In this document: positions 29,156 through 39,411 of the stretch, piece by piece | Position numbering within the stretch: the stretch's first letter is position 1 | How the letters are laid out: every line of letters starts with the position of its first letter | Source of the DNA: Gemmatimonadales bacterium | GTDB lineage: Bacteria; Gemmatimonadota; Gemmatimonadetes; Gemmatimonadales; GWC2-71-9 | Length of the DNA stretch: 64,000 nt | NCBI GenBank assembly: GCA_965249575.1 | Contig: OZ252244.1 | Coordinates: 224,001 to 288,000, forward strand | Reading direction: 5' to 3' | Notes under the pieces: generated by a model | Seen by the model: only the letters and a program-made list of their open reading frames with translations | Database searches by the model: none | What the model was told of the DNA's origin: nothing | Made by a program: the position numbers and the translations under genes

Positions 29156-29995
29156 ATGCGAAACCTGCTGACGAGCATCGGGGTCTTCCTCTGGGGAACG
29201 ATCGGGTCTTGCTTCGCTGGCCCGGCCGTTTTGACCCATTCGGTCGACGGGTCCGGATTCCCGATTTTGTTCAGCAACGGGACAGGACTTGACTCGCGGA
29301 TGTGGAATGCGCAAACCGACGCGCTGGCCGCCGTCTTTACGGTCATCCGCTTCGACGCGCCCGGCACCGGCGAAACGCCTCTGCCCCGAGGCCTCTACGA
29401 CCTCCGGAAATCGATGAGGCACCTGCTAGATGACTTGGGTTTCGACGCGGTCTGCATCGTCGGTCAGTCGGGCGGATCGGCCGTCGCTCTGGACTTCGCC
29501 CTGACCTATCCCGCCGCCGTGCGGGCCCTGGTGCTGGTATCCTCCGGCATCGGGGGCTCGACGCTCATCCAACCCGACATCGATCGGATTGGGCCGATTG
29601 CGGCCCTGGCCCGTTCAGAGGGTCATGCGGCGGCAGTGGCACGTATGCTGGACGATCCACTCATTCGGCCGGCTGCCCAGGACGCCAACCTGAAAGAAGA
29701 GATCGAGGTCATACTCCTCGAGAACCCCGGGTTGTTCAGTCCGGCGGCCTTCCTCCGCTCCGTCCCACTCTCCCGGCGCGCCATAACCAGGTTGGAGGAC
29801 GTCGCAGCGCCGACGCTGGTCATCGACGGCGACTTGGATCTGTCGCATATCAGGCAGATGTCCGACACGCTGGTAGCACGACTACCGAACGCCAGGCGTG
29901 TTACTGTTGAGGGCGCGGGCCACCTGCTCAATATGGAGAAGCCAGCGGAATTCAATACGCATGTGAGGGAGTTCTTAGCAGAGGAGTGTTCTTAG
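29156..29995 (+). CDS. Alpha/beta fold hydrolase
   Basis: FDAPGTG, GQSGG nucleophile elbow, PTLVIDGDLD, AGHLLNMEKP. Confidence 0.9.
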   Translation: MRNLLTSIGVFLWGTIGSCFAGPAVLTHSVDGSGFPILFSNGTGLDSRMWNAQTDALAAVFTVIRFDAPGTGETPLPRGLYDLRKSMRHLLDDLGFDAVCIVGQSGGSAVALDFALTYPAAVRALVLVSSGIGGSTLIQPDIDRIGPIAALARSEGHAAAVARMLDDPLIRPAAQDANLKEEIEVILLENPGLFSPAAFLRSVPLSRRAITRLEDVAAPTLVIDGDLDLSHIRQMSDTLVARLPNARRVTVEGAGHLLNMEKPAEFNTHVREFLAEECS

Positions 29996-30000
29996 GGATG

Positions 30001-30154
30001 GTGGTGAGTGGTGAGTGGTGAGTGGTGAGTGGTGAGTGGTGAGTGGTGAGTGGTGAGTGGTGAGTGGTGAGTGGTGAGTGGTGAGTGGTGAGTGGTGAGT
30101 GGTGAGTGGTGAGTGGTGAGTGGTGAGTGGTGAGTGGTGAGTGGTGAGTGGTGA
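30001..30154. repeat. Perfect heptamer tandem repeat (GTGGTGA)x22
   Basis: Counted directly from the sequence. Confidence 0.95.
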
Positions 30155-30219
30155 GTCGATAATAATACCTTTTGACGACTGGCCAACTCGCACCGAATCA
30201 AACTGGGCACGGGAAACAG

Positions 30220-30873
30220 ATGACCGGGAAAGTCCGCGAATACGCAACCGACAACATCACCGTAACGTACGACGTGCGGCGTTGCATCCACGCATCAGAG
30301 TGTGTACACGGCCTGCCCGAGGTCTTTGATCCCAAGCGGCGCCCTTGGATCGAACCAGGGAAGGTCGAGCCGGATGCCGTCGCCGACGTCGTCAGGCGCT
30401 GCCCGACCGGTGCCCTGCAGTTCCGCCGCCTGGACGGGGGAGAGCAAGAGCCCGCCCCTCACCGCAACGTGCTCGCGGTGTCCACCGACGGCCCGCTTTA
30501 CCTCTCTGGCGATGTCGAGATCGCCGGTACCGACGGACCCGTTCGCGAGTTCCGGGTCGCGCTCTGCCGCTGTGGTGCTTCCACACACAAGCCCTACTGC
30601 GACGGCCACCACCTGGATGCCAGCTTCACTGACGACGGCACCGTAGACACGAGCCGCGCGCTCGAGACCGCGTCGCCCGAACCCCACGGGAAGCTCGAGA
30701 TTACTCCCAGGCCCGGTGGTCCCTTGCTCTTGAGCGGGGTGGTCGAGATTGTCAGTGCCGACGGCCGCGCCCACGCAGAGTTTCGCAAGACCGCACTCTG
30801 CCGCTGCGGACGCTCCAAAAACAAACCGTTCTGCGATGGCGCGCATAAGGAGAACGTTGACCTTGAGGGTTGA
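30220..30873 (+). CDS. Divergent 4Fe-4S (Fer4_19/YjdI-like) domain plus two CDGSH-type iron-sulfur domains
   Basis: CIHASEC...CPTGAL; LCRCGASTHKPYCDGHH; LCRCGRSKNKPFCDGAH. Confidence 0.88.
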   Translation: MTGKVREYATDNITVTYDVRRCIHASECVHGLPEVFDPKRRPWIEPGKVEPDAVADVVRRCPTGALQFRRLDGGEQEPAPHRNVLAVSTDGPLYLSGDVEIAGTDGPVREFRVALCRCGASTHKPYCDGHHLDASFTDDGTVDTSRALETASPEPHGKLEITPRPGGPLLLSGVVEIVSADGRAHAEFRKTALCRCGRSKNKPFCDGAHKENVDLEG

Positions 30874-31025
30874 GGAGTAGGGATTAGGGGTTAGGGAAGA
30901 GGACGTAGCGGGACGGGAGCGGCCCGCAGCGCGCGTTCGGTGAGCGACCGCACGACTGGGGATCTGGGCTTACTCGCGAACCGCGGCGCGCGAAGGTCCG
31001 CCCCCGTCCCGACGCGCCCACCCGG

Positions 31026-32228
31026 CTAACAACACCCTCCATCCGCGCAGTACGCTTCCGCGTCCGCCTCGGTCGTCACCGTGTACTCCTGCCCCTTCGT
31101 CTCCTTTGGATGCCGTGGCGCCTTTCGCCGGCAATCGAACTCCGGCCACTCCGACTCGGGCTTTAGCTCCAGTGGCAGCACCGGCTCGAACGCCCCGACA
31201 TACGGCTCGCGGCTCATGATCCCGAAGGTCTTCTCGCACACGGCCTCCCGCACGCCACGATGGAACACGTGCCCATCGTCGTCAACAACCTGCTTCCACG
31301 GCCCCCTGTAGATCAGCCCCTTGTTTGACTCGAGACAGGGTCCGTCCTTGCCCCGGAATGCGCGCACCGTGACCGACCGGAGCTCGATCCCCTCGATGGT
31401 ACGCCAAGGCTTCTCGCCTCGGGCCACGATCTCCACACCATAAAAACCCGCCGCCTCGAACGCCCCGAGAAATCCAGTTTCGGTCATGGCACCCGACACG
31501 CAGCCGGACCAGTGCTCGGGATCGTCCTTCAAGTGGGACGGTACAGGTTCGTCCGCCACGATATCGGAGATCACTGCCCGCCCTCCGCGGGCGAGCACGC
31601 GGTAGATCTCGCGAAACAGAACGGGCTTCTTCTCGTCGCCCACCAAATTCAATACGCAGTTAGAGACAACGACGTCCACCGATTGGTCGGGAATCATCGC
31701 GGCTTCGGCCCGAAGCCTTCGTTGCTCGGCATCCAGCGCGACGGTGTCGTCGGCCGATTGCACGGGATGGGCCGCGAGCCAGCCATCTAACGCTTCGACG
31801 TCCAACGCGAGGTCTTCAATCCGACCCCGACGGAACTCCACGTTGTGCCACCCGACGGCATCACCCACCTTTTCGCGGTGTTGCCGCGCGAGCGCGAGCA
31901 TGTCGGCGTTGAAGTCGACCCCGATCACACGTCCCTCCGGACCCACGATCTGACTCGCTATGTAGCAGGCCTTTCCCGCCCCCGATCCCAAATCGAGCAC
32001 TCTGTCCCCCCGCCGGAGATGCCGGGTTGGGTCGCCACATCCGTAGTCCCGCTCGAGGATCTCTTTGGGAATCACCATGAGGTACCGGGGATCGTAGCTC
32101 ACGGGACAGCAAAGCTCTTCCTCGCGCGCGTGGGCCCCGGCGCTGTATCGGGCGCGAACGGCAGCGTCGGTATCGAGGGGGGTGACGGCAGTCATGCGAA
32201 CTCCTGTCATGGATATCGACTCGGACAC
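31026..32228 (-). CDS. Arsenite methyltransferase-like (ArsM/AS3MT-like) SAM methyltransferase
   Basis: LCCP, YGCGDP, VLDLGSGAGK, SNCVLNL, WSGCVSGA and C-terminal GGCC. Confidence 0.75.
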   Translation of the reverse strand: MSESISMTGVRMTAVTPLDTDAAVRARYSAGAHAREEELCCPVSYDPRYLMVIPKEILERDYGCGDPTRHLRRGDRVLDLGSGAGKACYIASQIVGPEGRVIGVDFNADMLALARQHREKVGDAVGWHNVEFRRGRIEDLALDVEALDGWLAAHPVQSADDTVALDAEQRRLRAEAAMIPDQSVDVVVSNCVLNLVGDEKKPVLFREIYRVLARGGRAVISDIVADEPVPSHLKDDPEHWSGCVSGAMTETGFLGAFEAAGFYGVEIVARGEKPWRTIEGIELRSVTVRAFRGKDGPCLESNKGLIYRGPWKQVVDDDGHVFHRGVREAVCEKTFGIMSREPYVGAFEPVLPLELKPESEWPEFDCRRKAPRHPKETKGQEYTVTTEADAEAYCADGGCC

Positions 32229-32305
32229 GTCCCTGTAAGGACGAAAACCAATCCGGAACTCTCACGGTTCCCTGCTCGGGTGGCACCGCCCACCATCCCC
32301 CACCC

Positions 32306-32348
32306 TTGACAGGCGACCGGTCATTGTGTATCTATATATCCGGATATA
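32306..32348 (+). promoter_or_regulatory. Sigma70-like promoter and palindromic operator upstream of sahR
   Basis: TTGACA at 32306, AT-rich -10 region about 17 nt later, perfect palindrome TATATCCGGATATA at 32335-32348. Confidence 0.6.
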
Positions 32349-32351
32349 CGG

Positions 32352-33383
32352 ATGAATACTGAACACTTGGTGGTCCTCGAACGGCTGAGCGCCCTTGCCG
32401 ATCATACGCGGATCCGGGTACTCCTCATGCTTGAGGGTCATGAGCTCACCGTTGGGGAGCTCACAGCCGTCCTCCAGCTGCCCCAGTCCACCGTGAGCCG
32501 CCATCTGAGGGTTCTGGCCGACGACGGCTGGGTGGTCTCTCGCACCGACGGAACGAGCCATCACTATCGGATGTCGCTCAACGAACTGGATCCCGATGCC
32601 CGCCGGCTGTGGTTTCTCGTCCGCGACCAGGTGGCTAGCGCCTCAGACCAGGACGGGCTGCGGCTGCGGAGCGTTCTGTCGGACCGTCGGAGGAAGTCCA
32701 CGGAGTTTTTCTCTACGGTGGCCGGGCGCTGGGACCATATCAGGGCGGAGCTGTTCGGCTCCCGGGCAGAGCTTGCCGCGCTGCTCGCGTTGCTCGATGA
32801 GCGCTGGACGGTGGGCGATCTCGGGTGCGGCACCGGGCAGGTGTCCGCGTCGCTCGCACCGTTCGTCCGTCGGGTGATCGCGGTAGATGCGTCGAGTGCG
32901 ATGCTCGAAGCGGCGGCTGAGCGGTTACGTGCGCTGAGAAGCGTGGAGTGCCGCGGCGGCGAGCTGGAGTCACTACCGATTGGCGATGGAGAGTTGGACG
33001 CGGCTATTCTCTTTCTGGTACTGCACTATGTCGCCGAGCCGCCGCGCGTTCTTGCAGAAGTCCACCGGGCGCTCAAACCGGGTGGACGGCTTTTGGTCGT
33101 GGACATGCTGCCACACGATCGGGACCAGTATCGGCCGGAGATGGGACACGTATGGCAGGGCTTTAGTGAGAAGCAAGTAAACGACTGGCTGAGCGATACC
33201 GGGCTTCGCATGACCCGGCACGTGGCGTTGCCGCCCGACCCGGATGCAAAGGGCCCGCCGCTCTTCGCGATAACGGCCCAGCGGGACGCGCTCGATCGCG
33301 CCGCGCAAACGGCGCGGCAAGACCAGATGACGCCGCCAGTTGCCGAGGGACCAACGGGTCAACACCGAACGATCAAACAATGA
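32352..33383 (+). CDS. sahR: ArsR-HTH/methyltransferase-domain regulator (SahR-like)
   Basis: [20 protein letters not shown] plus DLGCGTG SAM/SAH-binding domain; directly upstream of ahcY. Confidence 0.8.
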   Translation: MNTEHLVVLERLSALADHTRIRVLLMLEGHELTVGELTAVLQLPQSTVSRHLRVLADDGWVVSRTDGTSHHYRMSLNELDPDARRLWFLVRDQVASASDQDGLRLRSVLSDRRRKSTEFFSTVAGRWDHIRAELFGSRAELAALLALLDERWTVGDLGCGTGQVSASLAPFVRRVIAVDASSAMLEAAAERLRALRSVECRGGELESLPIGDGELDAAILFLVLHYVAEPPRVLAEVHRALKPGGRLLVVDMLPHDRDQYRPEMGHVWQGFSEKQVNDWLSDTGLRMTRHVALPPDPDAKGPPLFAITAQRDALDRAAQTARQDQMTPPVAEGPTGQHRTIKQ

Positions 33384-33394
33384 GGAGTCGAACT

Positions 33395-34885
33395 GTGGCA
33401 ACCGTCGCTATCGCAACACACCCGTTTACCGCCGCCCGCGAGGCAGGTCGGGACCCATACAAGGTCGCCGACTTGGGCCTCGCGGAATTCGGCCGGAAGG
33501 AAATCCGCCTCGCCGAGCACGAGATGCCGGGCCTGATGGCGTTGCGCGCGGAATTCAAGAAGCAACAGCCCCTGAAGGGCGCGAAGATCATGGGCTCGCT
33601 GCACATGACGGTGCAGACCGCCGTTCTCATAGAGACCCTCGTGGAGCTGGGTGCCGACGTGCGCTGGGCGTCCTGCAACATCTTCTCTACACAGGATCAC
33701 GCGGCAGCTGCCGTCGTCGTCGGGCAAAACGGCACCGCGGCCGATCCTCGCGGCGTCCCGGTCTACGCGTGGAAGGGCGAGACGCTCGAGGAATACTGGT
33801 GGTGCACAGAGCAGACGATGATGTGGCCGGACGGTTCGGGCCCCACGCTCCTGCTGGACGACGGCGGTGACGCGACCCTGTTGGTGCACAAGGGCGCGGA
33901 ATTCGAGAAGGTCGGCGCCGTACCCAGCTTCGACCCGAACGCCGAGCCCGAGGAATACGGAGTCATCTTGGCCCTGCTTCGGGCGCAGCAGCAACAGAAC
34001 CCGGGCCGCTGGACCCGAACGGGCGAGGGCATCCGCGGGGTATCGGAGGAGACGACTACAGGTGTGCACCGGCTCTACCAGATGACCGAGGATGGCACCC
34101 TGCTCTTCCCCGCCATCAACGTCAATGACTCGGTGACCAAGAGCAAATTCGACAACCTCTACGGCTGCCGGCACTCCCTGACCGACGGCATTCTGCGGGC
34201 GTCCGACGTCATGCTTGCGGGCAAAGTGGCAGTGGTGTGCGGCTACGGCGAAGTGGGCAAGGGGTGCGCCCAGTCCCTTCGGGGTCAGGGAGCGCGGGTC
34301 GTCATTACGGAGATCGATCCCATCTGCGCCCTACAGGCTGCGATGGAGGGATATGAGGTCACGACGCTGGAGGAGGTCGTTGCGACCGCCGATATCTTCA
34401 TCACGGCTACCGGCAACAAGTCCATCATCTCGGCCGCGGACATGGCGAAGATGAAAGACAAGGCCATCGTCGGGAACATCGGCCACTTCGACAACGAGAT
34501 CGACATGGCCGGCCTCAAACAGGTCAAGGGGATCGAGCGGATCAACATCAAGCCGCAATACGACGAATGGGTCTTCCCGGACGGCCATAGCGTCATGATC
34601 CTGGCCGAAGGCCGGCTGCTCAACTTGGGCTGTGCGACCGGGCACCCGAGCTTCGTGATGTCGGCGAGCTTTTCCAATCAGGTGATTGCTCAGGTGGAGC
34701 TGCACCAGAATGCCGACAGCTACCAGCGGAGGGTCTACATGCTGCCCAAACACCTGGACGAGAAGGTTGCCCGGCTGCACCTCGACAAGCTCGGCGTCAA
34801 GCTCACTACCCTCTCCAAGGACCAGGCCGACTACATTGGCGTGCCGGCGGATGGGCCGTACAAGCCGGAGTTTTATAGGTATTAG
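33395..34885 (+). CDS. ahcY: Adenosylhomocysteinase
   Basis: [48 protein letters not shown] end; GTG start after GAGGAG. Confidence 0.97.
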   Translation: MATVAIATHPFTAAREAGRDPYKVADLGLAEFGRKEIRLAEHEMPGLMALRAEFKKQQPLKGAKIMGSLHMTVQTAVLIETLVELGADVRWASCNIFSTQDHAAAAVVVGQNGTAADPRGVPVYAWKGETLEEYWWCTEQTMMWPDGSGPTLLLDDGGDATLLVHKGAEFEKVGAVPSFDPNAEPEEYGVILALLRAQQQQNPGRWTRTGEGIRGVSEETTTGVHRLYQMTEDGTLLFPAINVNDSVTKSKFDNLYGCRHSLTDGILRASDVMLAGKVAVVCGYGEVGKGCAQSLRGQGARVVITEIDPICALQAAMEGYEVTTLEEVVATADIFITATGNKSIISAADMAKMKDKAIVGNIGHFDNEIDMAGLKQVKGIERINIKPQYDEWVFPDGHSVMILAEGRLLNLGCATGHPSFVMSASFSNQVIAQVELHQNADSYQRRVYMLPKHLDEKVARLHLDKLGVKLTTLSKDQADYIGVPADGPYKPEFYRY

Positions 34886-34940
34886 GGGATAGGGAGTGAA
34901 GAGTAGGGGATAGGGAGTGTCCCCCTATCCCCTATTCCCC
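34883..34940. repeat. Short GA-rich direct/inverted repeats, likely bidirectional terminator
   Basis: TAGGGGATAGGGAGTG x2 followed by the complement CCCTATCCCCTA, between convergent genes. Confidence 0.6.
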
Positions 34941-35491
34941 AATTGCGCTCGCACGTTCTGAATCTGCAGCACGTGCCGTTCGGCATGGGTTACCAGGATC
35001 TCAAAGCAATCCCCAAGGTTCAAACGCAGGAACCGACTGACGGGAGACGAGATTCGCGCTCGGGTCAGATCGTACCCGTCAGCTTCGCGCATGAAGTCCG
35101 CGAGCAGCTCCTGGCGGCTCAGGAATTCACTGAGTGCGCCTGCACGAACCGCGGGACCCGGGACAAAAACGCGGGGCGCGCGCAGCCTTCGATTGGAGTC
35201 GCGCATGGCCGGGATCAGCCGCTTCCCTACGAAACTCGGCTTCCGCTTGCGCAGCTTGCGCGGCTTCCCACGCTCGGCAGCCCGGTCGAGAGCGTCCCGG
35301 ATGCGGGGGTGGTACTCGTCGAATGTCACGATGAGGTGTTCGAGGCAGAGGCCGACGCTCCAAGCCTTTGAGTCGGGCCGCCAGATCAGGTCCTCAGCTC
35401 CTATGCCCTCCACCGCGGCCTGCACCGTTCCGTTGATGGACTCGACCCGGGGCATGAGCCCAGCGAGATGTGGGTCCTTGAAGTCAGACAT
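34925..35491 (-). CDS. DinB family protein
   Basis: WRPDSKAWSVGLCLEHL...HAERHVLQI. Confidence 0.85.
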   Translation of the reverse strand: MSDFKDPHLAGLMPRVESINGTVQAAVEGIGAEDLIWRPDSKAWSVGLCLEHLIVTFDEYHPRIRDALDRAAERGKPRKLRKRKPSFVGKRLIPAMRDSNRRLRAPRVFVPGPAVRAGALSEFLSRQELLADFMREADGYDLTRARISSPVSRFLRLNLGDCFEILVTHAERHVLQIQNVRAQLGNRG

Positions 35492-35535
35492 TCGATCGGG
35501 CTACGGGACAGCGTGGGCGCGAGCGCACGGTCGTC

Positions 35536-35913
35536 TCACCCTTCCCCGCGACTCCCGCTCTTTCGACTCCATTTCGCTCGGCGGTTCCGCCCAATCTTCT
35601 TACGCGCCGCAACGGCGATGGCTTTGTCCACCCAGCCCCGAAGCGCTTCTGGGTCTTCCAGGATTTCCTCCGGGACGGGATAGTACTGCATGGTGGCGCC
35701 CCCCTCGCCGAACGGCTGGAACGGGCTGAGGCCCCGATCTTCGTAGTCGCCCAGGTTCGAACCATCGACCTTGAAATACAACGAATCGTCATCCATCAGC
35801 GCGAAGAAGAGGTTGGCAGAATAGATGCCAACGCCGCCGAACATGTTCCGAGACGTGATTGGCACCACCCGGCCCAGCTGTTCGAGCGCGTACTCGTGAA
35901 ACGTATTGCTCAT
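35536..35913 (-). CDS. TfoX/Sxy N-terminal domain protein
   Basis: RNMFGGVGIY..FFALM..LYFKVD..YYPVPEEILED. Confidence 0.85.
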   Translation of the reverse strand: MSNTFHEYALEQLGRVVPITSRNMFGGVGIYSANLFFALMDDDSLYFKVDGSNLGDYEDRGLSPFQPFGEGGATMQYYPVPEEILEDPEALRGWVDKAIAVAARKKIGRNRRAKWSRKSGSRGEG

Positions 35914-36329
35914 GTCCCGTCCGTGACCCCCCAAATTTCCGGCGTTGCCATCTCGAGCAGATTGCCCGCCGGATCTCGAAAGTAGAACGATTCCCCGCCT
36001 CGAGGCCACGATTGTTCGTGCTCGATGGCCACGCCGTGCCGCTCAAGCCGCTCCCGCCACGCTTGCAGCTCCGATGCCCGGGCTCGGAATGCTACATGCC
36101 CGGGGCCGCGCGTACCATGGCCCGGGACCGGCCCGCTGGAGGCGGCCGCCAACTCCCTCGTGCTGTCGGGATTGAAGATCAGAAACACCGCGTCCCCACA
36201 CCTGAAGAAAACGTGCCGGCCGGCGGCGCGGGCGATGCGCTCGAGTCCGAGAACCGAGGCGTAGAATCGCTCGGCGGCGTCCAAGTCGGTCGCATAGACC
36301 GACGTCTCGAGCACGCCTCGGATCTCCAT
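35910..36329 (-). CDS. VOC/glyoxalase family protein
   Basis: VLETSVY..FY..LGL, GHVAF, SFYFRDPAGNLLE. Confidence 0.88.
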   Translation of the reverse strand: MEIRGVLETSVYATDLDAAERFYASVLGLERIARAAGRHVFFRCGDAVFLIFNPDSTRELAAASSGPVPGHGTRGPGHVAFRARASELQAWRERLERHGVAIEHEQSWPRGGESFYFRDPAGNLLEMATPEIWGVTDGT

Positions 36330-36393
36330 CAGTGCGCTCTCATGACTGCGCGGGCCGAAAAGATCAGCGAGTTCCGGTGGTGCAAAGCGGCGC

Positions 36394-36753
36394 TCAGATC
36401 CGCTGCGGGGCAGCCACCGTACGCTCACTGGTGACGTTCCCGGTGTTCATCGTCCCGGCGGGCTCAAACATCAAGAGATGAACCTCCTCATCGGCAACGG
36501 GTCGATGCTCGATCCCCCGTGGAACGACGAGCAGCTCTCCCTTCGCAAGGTCGACCGTCCGGTCCCGGAATTCCATTCGCAGCGTCCCCTTGAGAACGAG
36601 AAACAGCTCATCCTCAGCGTCGTGCCGGTGCCAGCCGAACGGTCCCACCAGCTTTGCCAGCTTGACGTGCTGGCCGTTCAGTTCCGCAACGATCTTGGGC
36701 TGCCAGTATTCGGAAAACAAGCGAAACTTTTCGTCGAGATTCACTTTGTCCAT
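36394..36753 (-). CDS. Cupin domain protein
   Basis: WHRHDAEDELF...VVPRGIEHRP. Confidence 0.9.
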   Translation of the reverse strand: MDKVNLDEKFRLFSEYWQPKIVAELNGQHVKLAKLVGPFGWHRHDAEDELFLVLKGTLRMEFRDRTVDLAKGELLVVPRGIEHRPVADEEVHLLMFEPAGTMNTGNVTSERTVAAPQRI

Positions 36754-36808
36754 GAACGACCTCGAGTCTCTCGGAACGCGTCGGTGCGGACCGGTCCCGG
36801 CGGGATTC

Positions 36809-38392
36809 TCAGGTGACGGGAGTGGCGGCGTAGGAGCGACGGTTCTCGAAGGTGCCCCACACGCGGCGCAAGCGGTCGCTGATCTCTCCTACGGTTGCGC
36901 GGGCGCGCACCGCCTCGATGATCGCCGGCATGAGGGGCTCCTCGCCTTCGGCGGCGACGCTCAGCACTTCGAGCGCCGACTCCCAGCGCCCCGTATCGCG
37001 GTGCACGCGGGCCCGCGCCAGCCGCTCGCGCTGCTCGGCGGCCAGACCGGAGTAGTCGGGAGCGGAAATCGCCGGAGGCGTTTCGTCTTCGATAAAGCGG
37101 TTGACGCCGACCACGGGCTCCCCACCGTTTTCCAGGGCCCGGTGATGCGCATACGCGGCCTCGGAAATGGCATCTTGAAAGAACCCTTTCTCGATCGCAG
37201 CCGCCGCACCGCCCAAGGAGTCGATTTTCGAGACGAGCTTCCCGGCCTCATGCTCGATCGCGCCGGTCAAGTGCTCGACGTAATACGAACCGCCCAGCGG
37301 ATCGACGGTCCGCGTGGCGCCCGATTCATGGGCGAGTATCTGCTGAGTTCTGAGCGCGAGCTTGGCCGCGTTAGCCGACGGTAATGCCAGCGCTTCGTCA
37401 TAGCCGTTGGTGTGGAGCGACTGTGTGCCGCCGAGCACAGCCGCGAGGGCCTGGATCGCGACGCGCACGACGTTGTTGAGGGGCTGCTGTGCCGTGAGGG
37501 TCGATCCGCCGGTCTGGGTGTGAAACCTCAGCAGACAACTCTTGTCGTTCCCTCTAAAACGGTCGCGCACGATTTTGGCCCATAACCTCCGGGCGGCACG
37601 AAACTTCGCCACCTCTTCGAAGAGGTCGTTGTGTGCCGCGAAGAAGAACGAGATTCTGGGCGCCAGCGCATCGACCTCGATCCCCGCTCGAGTGGCCCGG
37701 TCCAGGTACTCGATCGCGTCGGACAAGGTGAACGCCACCTCTTGCACGGCGGTCGCCCCCGCCTCGCGTATGTGATACCCGCTGACCGATATGGGATTGA
37801 ACGGCATGCCCTCGTCGGTGACGAACCGAAAAACGTCCGTTATTAGCCGCAGAGAGGGCTCCGCAGGGTAAATGTACGTTCCACGAGCGGCATATTCCTT
37901 GAGCACATCGTTCTGGATCGTGCCCCGCAGCTGTGATGTGGGAACGCCCTGCTCCTCTCCCACGACGATATACATCGCCAGAAGCACGGCCGCCGTCGCG
38001 TTGATGGTCATCGAGGTGGACACCTCGGCCAACGGTATTTCCTCGAAAACCTGTGCCAGGTCGTCCACGGTATCGACCGCAACGCCCGCTCGGCCCACCT
38101 CACCCTCGGCAACCGGCGCATCCGAGTCGTAGCCCATTTGCGTCGGGAGATCGAACGCGATGGACAGCCCCGTCTGGCCGGCCGCGAGCAACTCCCGAAA
38201 TCGGGCGTTGGTCACCGCGGCATTGCCGAATCCCGCGTACTGCCGCATGGTCCATAGACGACCACGGTACATCGTGGGATAGACCCCGCGCGTAAACGGG
38301 AAAACGCCCGGCGGCTCGGGCGATGTCCCGCCCTGCGGCCCGTAAACCGCCTCGATGGGGATTCCCGACGGTGAGGTCCTGTCCTCGCTCAC
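36809..38392 (-). CDS. Methylmalonyl-CoA mutase, substrate-binding (N-terminal) subunit
   Basis: PFTRGVYPTMY, WTMRQYAGF, AFDLPTQMGYD, GTIQND, GGTQSLHTN; no B12-binding domain. Confidence 0.92.
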   Translation of the reverse strand: MSEDRTSPSGIPIEAVYGPQGGTSPEPPGVFPFTRGVYPTMYRGRLWTMRQYAGFGNAAVTNARFRELLAAGQTGLSIAFDLPTQMGYDSDAPVAEGEVGRAGVAVDTVDDLAQVFEEIPLAEVSTSMTINATAAVLLAMYIVVGEEQGVPTSQLRGTIQNDVLKEYAARGTYIYPAEPSLRLITDVFRFVTDEGMPFNPISVSGYHIREAGATAVQEVAFTLSDAIEYLDRATRAGIEVDALAPRISFFFAAHNDLFEEVAKFRAARRLWAKIVRDRFRGNDKSCLLRFHTQTGGSTLTAQQPLNNVVRVAIQALAAVLGGTQSLHTNGYDEALALPSANAAKLALRTQQILAHESGATRTVDPLGGSYYVEHLTGAIEHEAGKLVSKIDSLGGAAAAIEKGFFQDAISEAAYAHHRALENGGEPVVGVNRFIEDETPPAISAPDYSGLAAEQRERLARARVHRDTGRWESALEVLSVAAEGEEPLMPAIIEAVRARATVGEISDRLRRVWGTFENRRSYAATPVT

Positions 38393-39411
38393 GACGACGC
38401 GACCTCTTGGTGCTCGGCCACCGTGCGGTTGATGAACGCCACGTCGTCGCGGCTCCCGATCACCAGGGGCGTGCGCTGGTGCAGCGCTGCGGGCACGATG
38501 TCCAGAATGGGCTGAACGCCGTTGGATGCCGCTCCCCCAGCCTGCTCCGCAATGAGCGCCAGAGGGGCGGCCTCATACAGCAGTCGAAGCTTGCCTTTCG
38601 GTGACTTGGAGTCGGCCGGGTACATGAAGACCCCGCCGGCCACCAGGTTCCGATGAAAGTCCGCGACGAGCGAGCCGATGTACCGCGCGTTCTTTCTCGC
38701 GTCGTCGTTCCCATCAGCTCCTTTGAAAACACTCACTGCCCTCCGATAGGCTTCGGACCACCGACGGTAATTGCTCTCGTTGACGCTGTAGTACTTCCCA
38801 ACCGCCGGCGTCTCGAGGTTGGTGCAGTTGAGCAGGAACTCACCGATGGTCGGATCGAGCGTGAAGGAGTGCACCCCAGTGCCCGATGTGTACACCAACA
38901 CGGTGCTCGATCCGTAAATCACGTATCCCGCGGCCACCTGGCTCCGGCCGACCTGGAGACAATCTTCCAGGGTGCCGGGACCCTCGTCGCTCAGCCGCCG
39001 GTGTATGGAGAAGATCGTCCCGATCGACACGTTGACGTCGATGTTCGACGACCCATCGAGAGGGTCGAAGAGGACGACATACTTGGCCCGCCCCGCGCTC
39101 TCCGTGGTAGGGATCGGATTCTCTTCTTCCTCAGACGCCATCACGGCCACTCGCCCGCTGCGGCCCACCGTGAGTTTCAAGGTGTCGTTCGCGATCAGGT
39201 CGAGCTTTTGCTGAATCTCTCCCTGCACGTTGCGCGACTCAGCGCTGCCCAGAACGTTGATGAGCCCTGCGCGACGCACGTCGCGCGAGATGATCTTGGC
39301 GGCAACCGTGATGTCGTAGAGGAGATTGGAAAGTTCTCCGGTTGCTCCCTCGTGCAACCGTTCCTGCTCCATGATGAATCGCTCGATTGTGTTAAGCGAC
39401 GTACCAGGCAC
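38389..39411 (-). CDS. fbp: Class 1 fructose-1,6-bisphosphatase
   Basis: NVQGEIQQKLD, FDPLDGSSNID, RYIGSLVAD, GKLRLLYE. Confidence 0.95.
   Translation of the reverse strand: MPGTSLNTIERFIMEQERLHEGATGELSNLLYDITVAAKIISRDVRRAGLINVLGSAESRNVQGEIQQKLDLIANDTLKLTVGRSGRVAVMASEEEENPIPTTESAGRAKYVVLFDPLDGSSNIDVNVSIGTIFSIHRRLSDEGPGTLEDCLQVGRSQVAAGYVIYGSSTVLVYTSGTGVHSFTLDPTIGEFLLNCTNLETPAVGKYYSVNESNYRRWSEAYRRAVSVFKGADGNDDARKNARYIGSLVADFHRNLVAGGVFMYPADSKSPKGKLRLLYEAAPLALIAEQAGGAASNGVQPILDIVPAALHQRTPLVIGSRDDVAFINRTVAEHQEVASS

Noticed and set aside
30001..30154. CRISPR array or telomere-like repeat
   Set aside because: No spacers and no cas genes; it is an internal simple repeat
29975..30291. ORFs encoding (SPLTTHH)n His-rich peptides
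   Set aside because: They are translations of the heptamer array, antisense to the flanking genes, with no RBS
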